DNA from: an uncultured Lentisphaeria bacterium
GTDB taxonomy: Bacteria; Fidelibacterota; UBA8477; JABMPR01
Assembly: GCA_964469505.1 (NCBI GenBank)
Contig: CAYXZO010000003.1
Location: 820 to 64,819, forward strand
DNA length: 64,000 nt
Reading direction: 5' to 3'
The translations under genes were made by a program, and so were the position numbers. Of the stretch, positions 18,419-26,711 are shown in pieces. Under the pieces are notes generated by a model that did not search any database, had not been told where the DNA came from, and worked only from the letters and a program-made list of their open reading frames with translations. Every line of letters begins with the position of its first letter. Position 1 is the first letter of the stretch.

Positions 18419-19983
18419 GGGCGCTGAAAGCACTGATGCTTTTATCGGTGACCGGTGCACTAGCGTTGCGGGCGCAGGCACCGGCAGCCCTAAAATGCGG
18501 TCTGCCGCTGTGGGCGCAACAAACTCGACGGGCAGCCTTGAGGTGGGATCGCGGCCTGAGTTATTTGAACCTCAGTCTGGTCAGCCCCCGAGGACTATTT
18601 CGCATTCACTACACCCTTACCGGTAGCGACGCGGTGGATACCACCGAATGGGTGGATGGTCACCCTCGTTTCGTGGTAGAGACTGCCCTGGCAGCCGAAA
18701 AAGCCTATGCTCTCCTGGTGGATAGCCTAGGTTTTATGCCGCCGGTCAGTGATAATGGAGAAGATGGCCCTGAGCTGGATATTTACATCAAGAACTGGGG
18801 CGGTCTGGTTTATGCCTATACCAATTTCACTCAAGCAGGCCAACCAACTTATATGGTCATCGACAATGATTACCGGGAAGTCAATTACTCCACCCACGGA
18901 TTGGATGCCCTACGCGTAACGGTGGCTCACGAATTTTTCCACATGGTACAACTGCGGTATGCGGCCCCGCTGGGGGACCGGCAGGATGATGTGTTTTTAT
19001 TTGAACTGTGTAGCGTGTGGTTCGAGGATAAGTGCTACCCGGAAGTCAACGATTATGTGAACTATGTTCCCTATGTTCTGAATTCCAACCCTACCCCACC
19101 GATTAATTCCAATTCCAACGCCATGTACGGGGCAGGCTTATTCGCGAAGATTCTGGACCGCTTCTACGGTATAGGCAACGGCAAGCATATTATTCTGGAC
19201 CTCTGGGAACACTTTGCCCAAGAGCGGGCCTTACCGGCGCTCCACGATGTACTGGAGCAAGGCCCCTGGCATAGTTCCCTGGGAGAAGCACTAAGTCTGT
19301 ACGGCCTGCTTAACTGTTTCAGCGGACGTCGGGCAGCACCCTTTTCATATTCCGATGCTGCATTATTTCCAACCCCACCTGATTCACAGATAACCTTGCT
19401 TGCAGTTTATCCCCAGGATTATCAGCTCCCGGCTATCCCTTTGCGAGTCAGCTATTATTCTTTTTCTCCTGTGAGCTTTGACTCCCTTTACTTAATCAAA
19501 TCCGATTTCGTCCCCGCTGAAATAGTTGCCCAAAGCGGTGTCTACTGGAGTACCGAGTCAGCTAAGAAGTTGGGAGCAGTGGGGAATTTCTATCTGGAAG
19601 CCGGGGCCGTGGATGTGGGCGACCAAATACTGGTTATCGTGGCTAACGGCCAGGAATCTACGGCAGGTTGGTTTCCTCTGCGATTGCGAGGGCGAAATCT
19701 ACCTCTTTCTTTAGCAATTCAGCGCCTCTTCCCCAGTCCTGTAGGAACAGGTGAAACCGTTACCTTAGACGTCACTCTTCCTTACTCGGACGTAGTCACC
19801 ATCCAGCTATATGATTTATTGGGCAGGCGTTTACTCAAATCTGCGTTTGATTTAAGCAAAGGAATTCATTTGCTTCCCTTGTCTCTCCCTTCTGATCTAG
19901 CCACGGGGCTCTATTTAGTAGGAGTGCAGACCTCCAGGCAGAACATTGGCGCCACTTTGATAATTACCCGCAAATCACAATGA
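18415..19983 (+). CDS. Secreted HExxH zinc metallopeptidase with T9SS C-terminal sorting domain
   Basis: Signal peptide, HEFFHMV motif with a downstream Glu (gluzincin-like), and a C-terminal ~80-aa beta-sandwich tail (VTIQLYDLLGRRL...GLYLVGVQTS) resembling a Por secretion tail. Confidence 0.55.
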   Translation: MRALKALMLLSVTGALALRAQAPAALKCGLPLWAQQTRRAALRWDRGLSYLNLSLVSPRGLFRIHYTLTGSDAVDTTEWVDGHPRFVVETALAAEKAYALLVDSLGFMPPVSDNGEDGPELDIYIKNWGGLVYAYTNFTQAGQPTYMVIDNDYREVNYSTHGLDALRVTVAHEFFHMVQLRYAAPLGDRQDDVFLFELCSVWFEDKCYPEVNDYVNYVPYVLNSNPTPPINSNSNAMYGAGLFAKILDRFYGIGNGKHIILDLWEHFAQERALPALHDVLEQGPWHSSLGEALSLYGLLNCFSGRRAAPFSYSDAALFPTPPDSQITLLAVYPQDYQLPAIPLRVSYYSFSPVSFDSLYLIKSDFVPAEIVAQSGVYWSTESAKKLGAVGNFYLEAGAVDVGDQILVIVANGQESTAGWFPLRLRGRNLPLSLAIQRLFPSPVGTGETVTLDVTLPYSDVVTIQLYDLLGRRLLKSAFDLSKGIHLLPLSLPSDLATGLYLVGVQTSRQNIGATLIITRKSQ

Positions 19984-20588
19984 ACGAATTATTCGTCCCC
20001 TTTCAACACCGTACCTTCAAAACGAAAGTCAAAGATTCTCGTTTTATCGCGGATATCTTCCCAGTTTCCAGTGAGGAGGAAATTGCCCATCGTTTAGCAG
20101 AAGTGCGTGAACGTGAGCGAGGAGCTACACACATTTGCTTTGCCTGGCGTTTGGGCGCACCGCCTAAAATGAAGTTGCGGAGCAGTGATGCCGGCGAACC
20201 CGCGGGAAGCGCAGGAAAACCCATTCTTCAAGCCATAGAAAGCGCCGCTATGACTAACATCCTGGTGACAGTCACCCGTTATTTCGGCGGTACTAAATTG
20301 GGCATCGGAGGTTTGATCCGAGCCTATGGTGGTGCTGCCCGGGATGCTTTAGCCAATATTTCCCGGGAGCCGTTCGTGGAAAGAAGCGTTTTAGTTTTAC
20401 AAGTTCCTTACCCCATGGTAGAACTCGTTCACCGTTTGACTACCAAATTCCGGGGACAGGTGCAAAACCAAAAGCTGGATAGCGAGGCAACCCTTGATGT
20501 GCTGCTACCTACTGACAAAATAGAGGCATTCAAGGCTGAGCTACAATCCCGATCTCACGGCCGGGCAATAATTAAACCAATCGGCTGA
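19980..20588 (+). CDS. yigZ: IMPACT family protein (YigZ-like)
   Basis: 202 aa, with a conserved YigZ/IMPACT N-domain pattern (RGATHICFAWRL, ...DDGEP-like motifs). Confidence 0.75.
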   Translation: MNELFVPFQHRTFKTKVKDSRFIADIFPVSSEEEIAHRLAEVRERERGATHICFAWRLGAPPKMKLRSSDAGEPAGSAGKPILQAIESAAMTNILVTVTRYFGGTKLGIGGLIRAYGGAARDALANISREPFVERSVLVLQVPYPMVELVHRLTTKFRGQVQNQKLDSEATLDVLLPTDKIEAFKAELQSRSHGRAIIKPIG

Positions 20589-20693
20589 ATCATAACTTTT
20601 TCAATACGAAAAATCTCATCCATAAAAGCGGTGGAGTTCGCCAGACCAAACGGTATATTTGACCACCGAACTCGCAATAGAAGGCGACAACCA

Positions 20694-21626
20694 ATGAAAA
20701 AAATCTGGTATGTACTCTTCAGCCTGGCATTACTGAGTGTTCCTTCAATGGCTGCCCAAAGGTTAGTGCTGGCGGAAGAGTTCACCAACGTTGGGTGACC
20801 ATCCTGCGGTCCCACTGAGGACTACCTGGACGGGTTCCAGGCACAACATCCCGAAAGCGTGGTTTTCATTGCTTACCACATGTCTTGGCCCCAAGGCAAC
20901 GACCCTTACTATCTGTACAACACTACTGAGAATAATGCACGGCGAAGCTATTATGGTGTCAATGCAACTCCCAGCTTAGCGGTCAATGGTTCGCTGACAA
21001 ATCTCTGGCCTCCGCAACCGGCGTGGGGTAATCTCATATTACAGGAAGCCACCATATCGGCGCCTATCAGCATTGACATTGGAGGGGCATATGACACAAC
21101 TGCTCGTCAGGGGACAGCGGAAATCGCCATCTTTACTGAAGGAACGGTGAGCGGTTCCTTCATCCTACATTTTGTCCTGATTGAGAACAATCTATACTTC
21201 ATGGGTGCCAATGGATATCCCAACCATAACAGTGTAATGCGCGACATGATTCCCTCTGCCGCCGGTACACAGATCACTTTAAGCGCAGGTGACACAACCT
21301 TCGCCAATATTGATTTCTCCGTACCGAGCCCCATCGTCCAAGGTAATGCGGTGTTGGTTGCGTTCGTCCAAAACCCGGTCAATAAGGATGTCCTGAATGC
21401 GGGGCGGGTAGCGGTGCTGGACCTAGCGACCGGGTGTGGCAACGCCATAGGGGATGTGGGGGCGGACGGGCAGATTACCGTGCAAGACCTGGTTCAACTG
21501 GTCAACATCGTCATCGGCATTGATAATGATCCCGACGCGTGTGCTTTACAAGCCGGTGATCTGAACGGGGATGCTCAGGTCAATGTACAGGATCTGGTCT
21601 TGCTGGTGGATTTGATTTTACAGTAG
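20694..21626 (+). CDS. Candidate selenoprotein: secreted thioredoxin-fold protein with U-x-x-C redox motif (in-frame TGA at 20796-20798) and C-terminal dockerin type I domain
   Basis: ATG 20694 opens MKKIWYVLFSLALLSVPSMAAQ (signal peptide), then RLVLAEEFTNVG-[TGA]-PSCGPTEDYLDGFQAQHPESVVFIAYH.... This reading frame is the same as the downstream ORF 20859..21626. A thioredoxin-fold cis-Pro motif (GVNATPSLAVNG) is present. Two dockerin calcium-binding repeats (DVGADGQITVQD, DLNGDAQVNVQD) sit at the C-terminus. selC lies in the same window. Confidence 0.6.
20825..20841 (+). promoter_or_regulatory. Candidate bacterial SECIS hairpin downstream of the in-frame UGA
   Basis: CCUGGA-CGGGU-UCCAGG is a perfect 6-bp stem with a G/U-containing apical loop. 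The loop starts about 33 nt after the UGA, within the 16-37 nt range used for bacterial SECIS elements. Confidence 0.4.
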
Positions 21627-21650
21627 CCCTTTCTTCATACGAGAGGTGTA

Positions 21651-21684
21651 AAAAATCCCGGCATATTGTCGGGATTTTTTATTT
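21651..21684. terminator. Bidirectional rho-independent terminator
   Basis: AAAAATCCCG-GCATATTGT-CGGGATTTTTT hairpin flanked by A- and T-runs. Sits between the selenoprotein gene and tadA. Confidence 0.6.
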
Positions 21685-21695
21685 TGTATCTGCCT

Positions 21696-22181
21696 ATGAA
21701 TGAATGGATAATAGAAGACCACTTGTTCTGGATGGACCAGGCTTTGAGAGAAGCTGAGAAAGCTCTGGAAGCTGGGGAAGTCCCGGTTGGGGCCGTTGTC
21801 GTGCAGCGAGGGAAACTGGTGGGCCGCGGTTATAATCGTGTTGAGCAACTCCAGGACCCTACCGCCCATGCCGAAATCATTGCCCTTACGGCGGCGGCCA
21901 ACACTCTTAATTCCTGGCGGTTGACGGGTTGCACCCTTTATGTTACTCTGGAGCCTTGTCCCATGTGTGCCGGCGCCCTGCTCAACTCCCGAATTGATCG
22001 ACTGGTCTTCGGAGCTGAGGACAACCAGTATGGGGCTTGTGGGGGACGGCTCCAGCTATGCACCAAAGGGTTTTTCAATCACAAAGTCACTATCTTAAGT
22101 GGCATCCGTGAAACTCAAGCCCAGGAACTACTGGACACTTTTTTCAAGACCATCCGTGACCGCCCCTCTCAAAACAAATAA
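21696..22181 (+). CDS. tadA: tRNA-specific adenosine deaminase
   Basis: HAEIIAL and PCPMCAGAL zinc-binding motifs. The ORF-track start 21666 uses a TTG inside the terminator, so the true start is probably the ATG at 21696. Confidence 0.85.
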   Translation: MNEWIIEDHLFWMDQALREAEKALEAGEVPVGAVVVQRGKLVGRGYNRVEQLQDPTAHAEIIALTAAANTLNSWRLTGCTLYVTLEPCPMCAGALLNSRIDRLVFGAEDNQYGACGGRLQLCTKGFFNHKVTILSGIRETQAQELLDTFFKTIRDRPSQNK

Positions 22182-22261
22182 GACGAATCATTTCGTTAAA
22201 ATAGTACCACGACTCCCCTTGCCTTAGCTTGGCTTAAAAGTAAATTGGCGTGCTTTTTAAA

Positions 22262-22352
22262 GGAGAGGTGGCAGAGTTTGGTCGAATGCACCGCACTCGA
22301 AATGCGGCGTCCCGACGTCTCGGGACCGGGGGTTCGAATCCCTCCCTCTCCG
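22262..22352 (+). tRNA. tRNA-Ser (anticodon CGA), class II with long variable arm
   Basis: Acceptor GGAGAGG/CCTCTCC, anticodon stem-loop CCGCA-CUCGAAA-UGCGG, variable arm GTCCCGA...TCGGGAC, T-loop TTCGAAT. 91 nt, no encoded CCA. Confidence 0.85.
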
Positions 22353-22440
22353 CAAAAGCCCTGAACAGAATTTGGGATCATCAATCTGGATAGCGGACAT
22401 CCTCCGCTTTTTAAATTGGCCCTAGCCGGGAGTCATACTA

Positions 22441-22478
22441 AACAAAAGCCCCGGCTTACACCGGGGCTTTTGTTTGCT
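22441..22478. terminator. Bidirectional rho-independent terminator
   Basis: AAAAGCCCCGG-CTTACA-CCGGGGCTTTTGTTT hairpin. Serves tRNA-Ser on the plus strand and the cytochrome gene on the minus strand. Confidence 0.65.
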
Positions 22479-22496
22479 TTATAGGGTTCCGGACGT

Positions 22497-25217
22497 CTAT
22501 TTGACCAGAAGCACCTTCAGGCTTTGATCACTTCCACTAGCTTTCAGCCGTACGAGATAGACGCCGGCAGGCATCGGCTGCCCCTGGGCATCAGTACCAT
22601 TCCACTGGACGGTATGATAACCAGCCGCCAAGGATTGCGATACCAGTGTGCGGACGAGGCGACCGCGGATATCGAACACTTGCAGGGTCACTTCGCTAGT
22701 AGCGGGTAAGCCAAACCGAATGTTGGTACTGGGGTTGAATGGGTTGGGATAATTACCAACCAGCTCGACATGGGTAGGAATCGCTATCGTATTATCTACC
22801 GCGTCAGTAAAGTGGATATTCGCCGCTGCGGCCACCGCATCGGCTAAAGTCATATCCGGAATATTATCCGCCGGGTCATCATTATGACAGGCCAGACAGA
22901 CGTGGTTCAAATCCAGCGAGGCAGGCCGAGTCGCGTCGTCCCGGACAGCAGAACCATCATCGGTGAACATGCTGTTATCATCGACAGTGATTCTAAAGAG
23001 ATGGGACCGGACATCAGCCTTGAAACCACTTTGGCCGCGAACTGCACCAGATTTTGCCGCATAGGGCATATGGCATTGTTCGCAATCGGTCATCTCGGGA
23101 TGGTTAGCAGCGACGCTGGTAGCCTCGTTGGCATGACAGGTGCTGCATTCAATCTTGATACCATCGCCACCCCAGAGTACTCGTTTATGGGGATCATGGC
23201 AGGTACCGCAGTTCAAACCGGCGGCAAAGTGCGGACTGGCTACAAATTCATCCCATTGCTCATGATGGCGCACAAAACCACCACTGGCATCAATGGGTTG
23301 GCCCCAACCGCGACTATGGCAATTACCGCAGAGATAGGTGATGTCATCAGCGTTCGGATCCGGTTGGACAACTCCACCATAGTCACCGTAATCCAGACCG
23401 TTGCCGCCAACATTGGGTTGGTATACCTCATCAATGTCCGCTGGATCGTGAGAAGCAACATGATTCCCACCAGGTCCATGACAATCTTCGCAGGCCACTC
23501 CGGCTTCTACGAAATTACCTAAGCTATACCCGGGCAGCCAGCTGCTATCGGGAGTCGCACCGGTGGTATGGCAGCGGAAGCAGCCGTAATTGTACTTTTT
23601 GTCTACGTGATCGACATCGTAGTCAACCCATCCGAGATCTTCGCCTTCGTAGAAATTAAACTGGTTGTGACCTCCACCAGGATTGATCACGCTGCTGGCG
23701 GTACCCGCGATCACACCAGTGGTATCTACGAAACGCACCTTCCACCCGTAACCGCCGATGACTCCCGCGATCTCATCCCAACTGGCACCTAAACCGGACA
23801 TCCAGCTATCTTCGAAGTTTACCACGAAACTGGGATAACTGGGGGCAGTGGCATTTTCAATAACGTGGAATTTGTACGGGTGACCACTATTCTGCCACTC
23901 CTCGTAGATGTTATAACCGAGGACATCATTCACTTCATCATGGCAAGCCCTACAGGTTTGGGAACCTACATAATCGGCCGGTTGGGCATCATGCATGTGA
24001 TGAGCGAATTCCGCCAGTTCATCCACCGTTTTGTCAGGAATGTCATCATTGGGATCATCGTTATGGCAGCTCAAGCAAGCATGATACAGGTCCAGTGAGG
24101 CTGGACGTGTATCATCGTCGCGCACTGCGGAGCCATCATCGGTAAACATACTCTCGGTATTGGGGGTAATGCGGAACAGGTGCGAACGAACATCAGCTTT
24201 GTAACCACTTTCTCCCCGGGCAGTACCTGATTTAGCGGCAAATGGCATATGACATTCGATACACTCGTGAGTGCCGGGGTGAATGTTGTGTGCTTCCTGG
24301 TTGGGATGACAGGTGGCACATTGTATAGTGATGCCGTCACCATTCCACAACACCCGTTTGTGAGGATTATGGCAAGTACCGCAGTTTAATCCAGCCTCGA
24401 AATGGGGACTGGCTACAAATTCATCCCACTGTTCATGATGGCGCACAAAGCCACCACTGGCATCGATGGGCTGCCCCCACCCACGGCTGTGGCAGTTACC
24501 GCATAGATAGGTAATATCATCCGAATTTGGATCGGGCTGGACCACACCGCCGTAATCGCCGTAATCCAGGCCGTCACCACCAATGTTTGGCTGATAAACC
24601 AGATCAATGTTGGTGGCGGAAGGCGCATTTACGTGGTCACTACCGGGACCATGGCAGGACTCGCAGGTTACGCCTTGCTCAACGAAAGTACCTAAACTGT
24701 AGCCCGGCAACCAGCTACTGTCAGGCGAGGCACCAGTAGTGTGGCAGCGGAAACAACCGTAGTTGTACTTCTTGTTCACGTGGTCCACATCATAGTCGAC
24801 CCATCCAAGATTCTCGCCGCCAAAGAAATTGAACTGATTGTGACCACCACCGGGGTTGATCACACTACTGGCAGTTCCCACAATTACACCCGTATTATCT
24901 ACGAACCTCACTTTCCAGCCGAAACCACCTATTACTCCAGCAATCTGATCCCAGGAGGTTCCCAGGCCAGACATCCAGGTATCCTCAAAGTTTACCACGA
25001 AACTGGGATAACTGGGGGCAGTGGCGTTCTCAATGACATGGAATTTGTACGGGTGACCGCTATTCTGCCAGGCGTCATAAATATTATACCCGGAACCGGT
25101 CACATCGGCGGTACCGTGACAGGCATTACAAGCCGCAGATCCCACATAGGTCTGAGCTAGTAATGTTGGTACCGTCAGAACGAGGAACGCACAGAAGAGT
25201 AGCTTTACTTTGTGCAT
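22497..25217 (-). CDS. Secreted hexadecaheme c-type cytochrome with T9SS C-terminal sorting domain
   Basis: Signal peptide and 16 CxxCH motifs: 8 per half (CNACH, CFRCH, CESCH, CGNCH, CGTCH, CATCH, CIECH, CLSCH; then CRACH, CFRCH, CEDCH, CGNCH, CGTCH, CSTCH, CEQCH, CLACH). The C-terminal ~75 aa (LQVFDIRGRLVRTLVSQ...GVYLVRLKASG...KVLLVK) matches a Por secretion tail. Confidence 0.85.
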   Translation of the reverse strand: MHKVKLLFCAFLVLTVPTLLAQTYVGSAACNACHGTADVTGSGYNIYDAWQNSGHPYKFHVIENATAPSYPSFVVNFEDTWMSGLGTSWDQIAGVIGGFGWKVRFVDNTGVIVGTASSVINPGGGHNQFNFFGGENLGWVDYDVDHVNKKYNYGCFRCHTTGASPDSSWLPGYSLGTFVEQGVTCESCHGPGSDHVNAPSATNIDLVYQPNIGGDGLDYGDYGGVVQPDPNSDDITYLCGNCHSRGWGQPIDASGGFVRHHEQWDEFVASPHFEAGLNCGTCHNPHKRVLWNGDGITIQCATCHPNQEAHNIHPGTHECIECHMPFAAKSGTARGESGYKADVRSHLFRITPNTESMFTDDGSAVRDDDTRPASLDLYHACLSCHNDDPNDDIPDKTVDELAEFAHHMHDAQPADYVGSQTCRACHDEVNDVLGYNIYEEWQNSGHPYKFHVIENATAPSYPSFVVNFEDSWMSGLGASWDEIAGVIGGYGWKVRFVDTTGVIAGTASSVINPGGGHNQFNFYEGEDLGWVDYDVDHVDKKYNYGCFRCHTTGATPDSSWLPGYSLGNFVEAGVACEDCHGPGGNHVASHDPADIDEVYQPNVGGNGLDYGDYGGVVQPDPNADDITYLCGNCHSRGWGQPIDASGGFVRHHEQWDEFVASPHFAAGLNCGTCHDPHKRVLWGGDGIKIECSTCHANEATSVAANHPEMTDCEQCHMPYAAKSGAVRGQSGFKADVRSHLFRITVDDNSMFTDDGSAVRDDATRPASLDLNHVCLACHNDDPADNIPDMTLADAVAAAANIHFTDAVDNTIAIPTHVELVGNYPNPFNPSTNIRFGLPATSEVTLQVFDIRGRLVRTLVSQSLAAGYHTVQWNGTDAQGQPMPAGVYLVRLKASGSDQSLKVLLVK
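22757..25088. repeat. In-frame tandem duplication (2 x ~1173 bp) within the cytochrome gene
   Basis: The two 391-aa protein halves are about 85% identical. Antisense shadow ORFs recur at an offset of exactly 1173 nt (23568 vs 24741; 23240 vs 24413). Confidence 0.8.
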
Positions 25218-25412
25218 GCCTTTCCCCCTCTAGTTTAAGGTTTCCTATTGCATTGCCGCTTTCAATTTTCCAATTAAGGCAAATTGCGTTCCGTATTAAT
25301 TGCCACTAGCAACAGTTCCAATTTTTAAACAATATCCTCATGTTACATCTACAAAACTCAGCCTTGGTGGCTAAATATAATCAAAAGATTAGTTTTAGCG
25401 TAATAAATAAAT

Positions 25413-26711
25413 CTAATTTTCAGGAACTGAATTCGATTCCTGAGAAAGGCAGAGCCTTTCCAAATAGTTCAAGGTTGCCTCGCGGGCTCGTACTTTGATT
25501 TTAAGGGAATAATTTTCTAGTTCGGTGTCCAGCACTTCAGCCAAGCGCTGAATGGTTGACCATTTGGATTGTTCCAGGAGAGGCAGACTCAACCACCTTG
25601 TTTGCAAAGTTTGCTCTACAGCTTCAACGATTCGAGCCTCAAGTTTGGCTAAATTGATATGGCGTAGTACTGAGACCGGAACCGCATTGGGGTATTGACG
25701 TAAAGCTGCCGTTAAAGTCTCGGGTGAATTCAACCGATCGATTTTATTGAATACTAATATTGAGGTCTGCTTCCAAGCACCGATATCGCGCAGTACTTGT
25801 TCGACGATAGTAATTTGCTGCTGATAGTTGGGATGGCTCACGTCCACCAGTTTGAGGATTAAATCAGCATCCTCAACCTCACGCAGAGTGCTGCGGAAAG
25901 AGGCTACCAGATGGTGGGGCAATTTCCGTATAAACCCTACCGTATCACTCAGAAGTATCGGATAACCTTTGAGCCGTACCCGCCTGACCGTGGTATCAAG
26001 TGTGGCAAATAGCTTATCTTCCACTTCTACTTTAGCACCGGTGAGAATATTCATCAGGGAGGATTTGCCGGCATTGGTATAACCAACCAAAGCTACTTTA
26101 AAAATTCCTTTGCGTTGCCGGCGGCGAGTCTCCCGCTGCTGTTCAATCTTCTGTAATTCGTTTTTTAGCCAACTAATGCGCTTCCGAATCAAGCGACGAT
26201 CAATTTCAATCTGGGTCTCCCCCATCCCTCCTCGAGTGCCGGTGCCGCCTCTTTGACGCTCCAGGTGAGTCCACTGTCTCGGCAACCGGGGTAGCAAATA
26301 CATTAAGCGCGCTAGTTCAACTTGCGTCTGGGCTTCGCGAGAATGGGCATGACGGGCAAATATTTCCAGTATAAGGCTATTTCTGTCCATAACTTGGGCT
26401 TTGCCCATCAACCGCTGCAGGTTCTTTAACTGGCCCGGAGAAAGTGCGTCATCAAAAATCAACAAGCTGATTTGCTGACGCGCTACACGATTAGCGATCT
26501 CCCGAGCTTTGCCCTGACCAATGTAATAGGCCGGATCTATCCGTTCCTTGGTTTGAATTACCTGATCAATTACCTCACAACCGGCAGTGTAAGCCAACTG
26601 TGCCAATTCAGTCAGATTTTCCTCAATCTGCCACCGCTGATCAGAAGGACGCATTACACCAACCAGGAGAACTTTTTCCTGCGGATAATCTGTGGATTGG
26701 TAGTAGCTCAC
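25413..26711 (-). CDS. hflX: GTPase HflX
   Basis: HflX N-domain then G-domain (GYTNAGKSSL, DTVGF, NKID). The true start is probably the GTG at 26711, overlapping the upstream stop as GTGA. Confidence 0.85.
   Translation of the reverse strand: MSYYQSTDYPQEKVLLVGVMRPSDQRWQIEENLTELAQLAYTAGCEVIDQVIQTKERIDPAYYIGQGKAREIANRVARQQISLLIFDDALSPGQLKNLQRLMGKAQVMDRNSLILEIFARHAHSREAQTQVELARLMYLLPRLPRQWTHLERQRGGTGTRGGMGETQIEIDRRLIRKRISWLKNELQKIEQQRETRRRQRKGIFKVALVGYTNAGKSSLMNILTGAKVEVEDKLFATLDTTVRRVRLKGYPILLSDTVGFIRKLPHHLVASFRSTLREVEDADLILKLVDVSHPNYQQQITIVEQVLRDIGAWKQTSILVFNKIDRLNSPETLTAALRQYPNAVPVSVLRHINLAKLEARIVEAVEQTLQTRWLSLPLLEQSKWSTIQRLAEVLDTELENYSLKIKVRAREATLNYLERLCLSQESNSVPEN

Noticed and set aside
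20796-20798. TGA as a genuine stop separating a tiny 34-aa signal-peptide ORF from an independent downstream gene
   Set aside because: The upstream 34 codons encode exactly the signal peptide plus thioredoxin beta1 strand that the downstream ORF lacks. The frame is continuous, the TGA falls on the active-site position, a hairpin follows, and selC is present. A pseudogene cannot be fully excluded.
22524-25160. Plus-strand ORFs inside the cytochrome gene (22884..23522, 23568..23792, 24741..25160, and others)
   Set aside because: Antisense shadows of a Gly/Cys/His-rich gene. They are duplicated only because the sense gene is duplicated.
25281-25340. Possible sigma-54 promoter (TGGAAC...GC) upstream of the cytochrome gene
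   Set aside because: The spacing between the GG and GC elements is 3 nt off the -24/-12 consensus.
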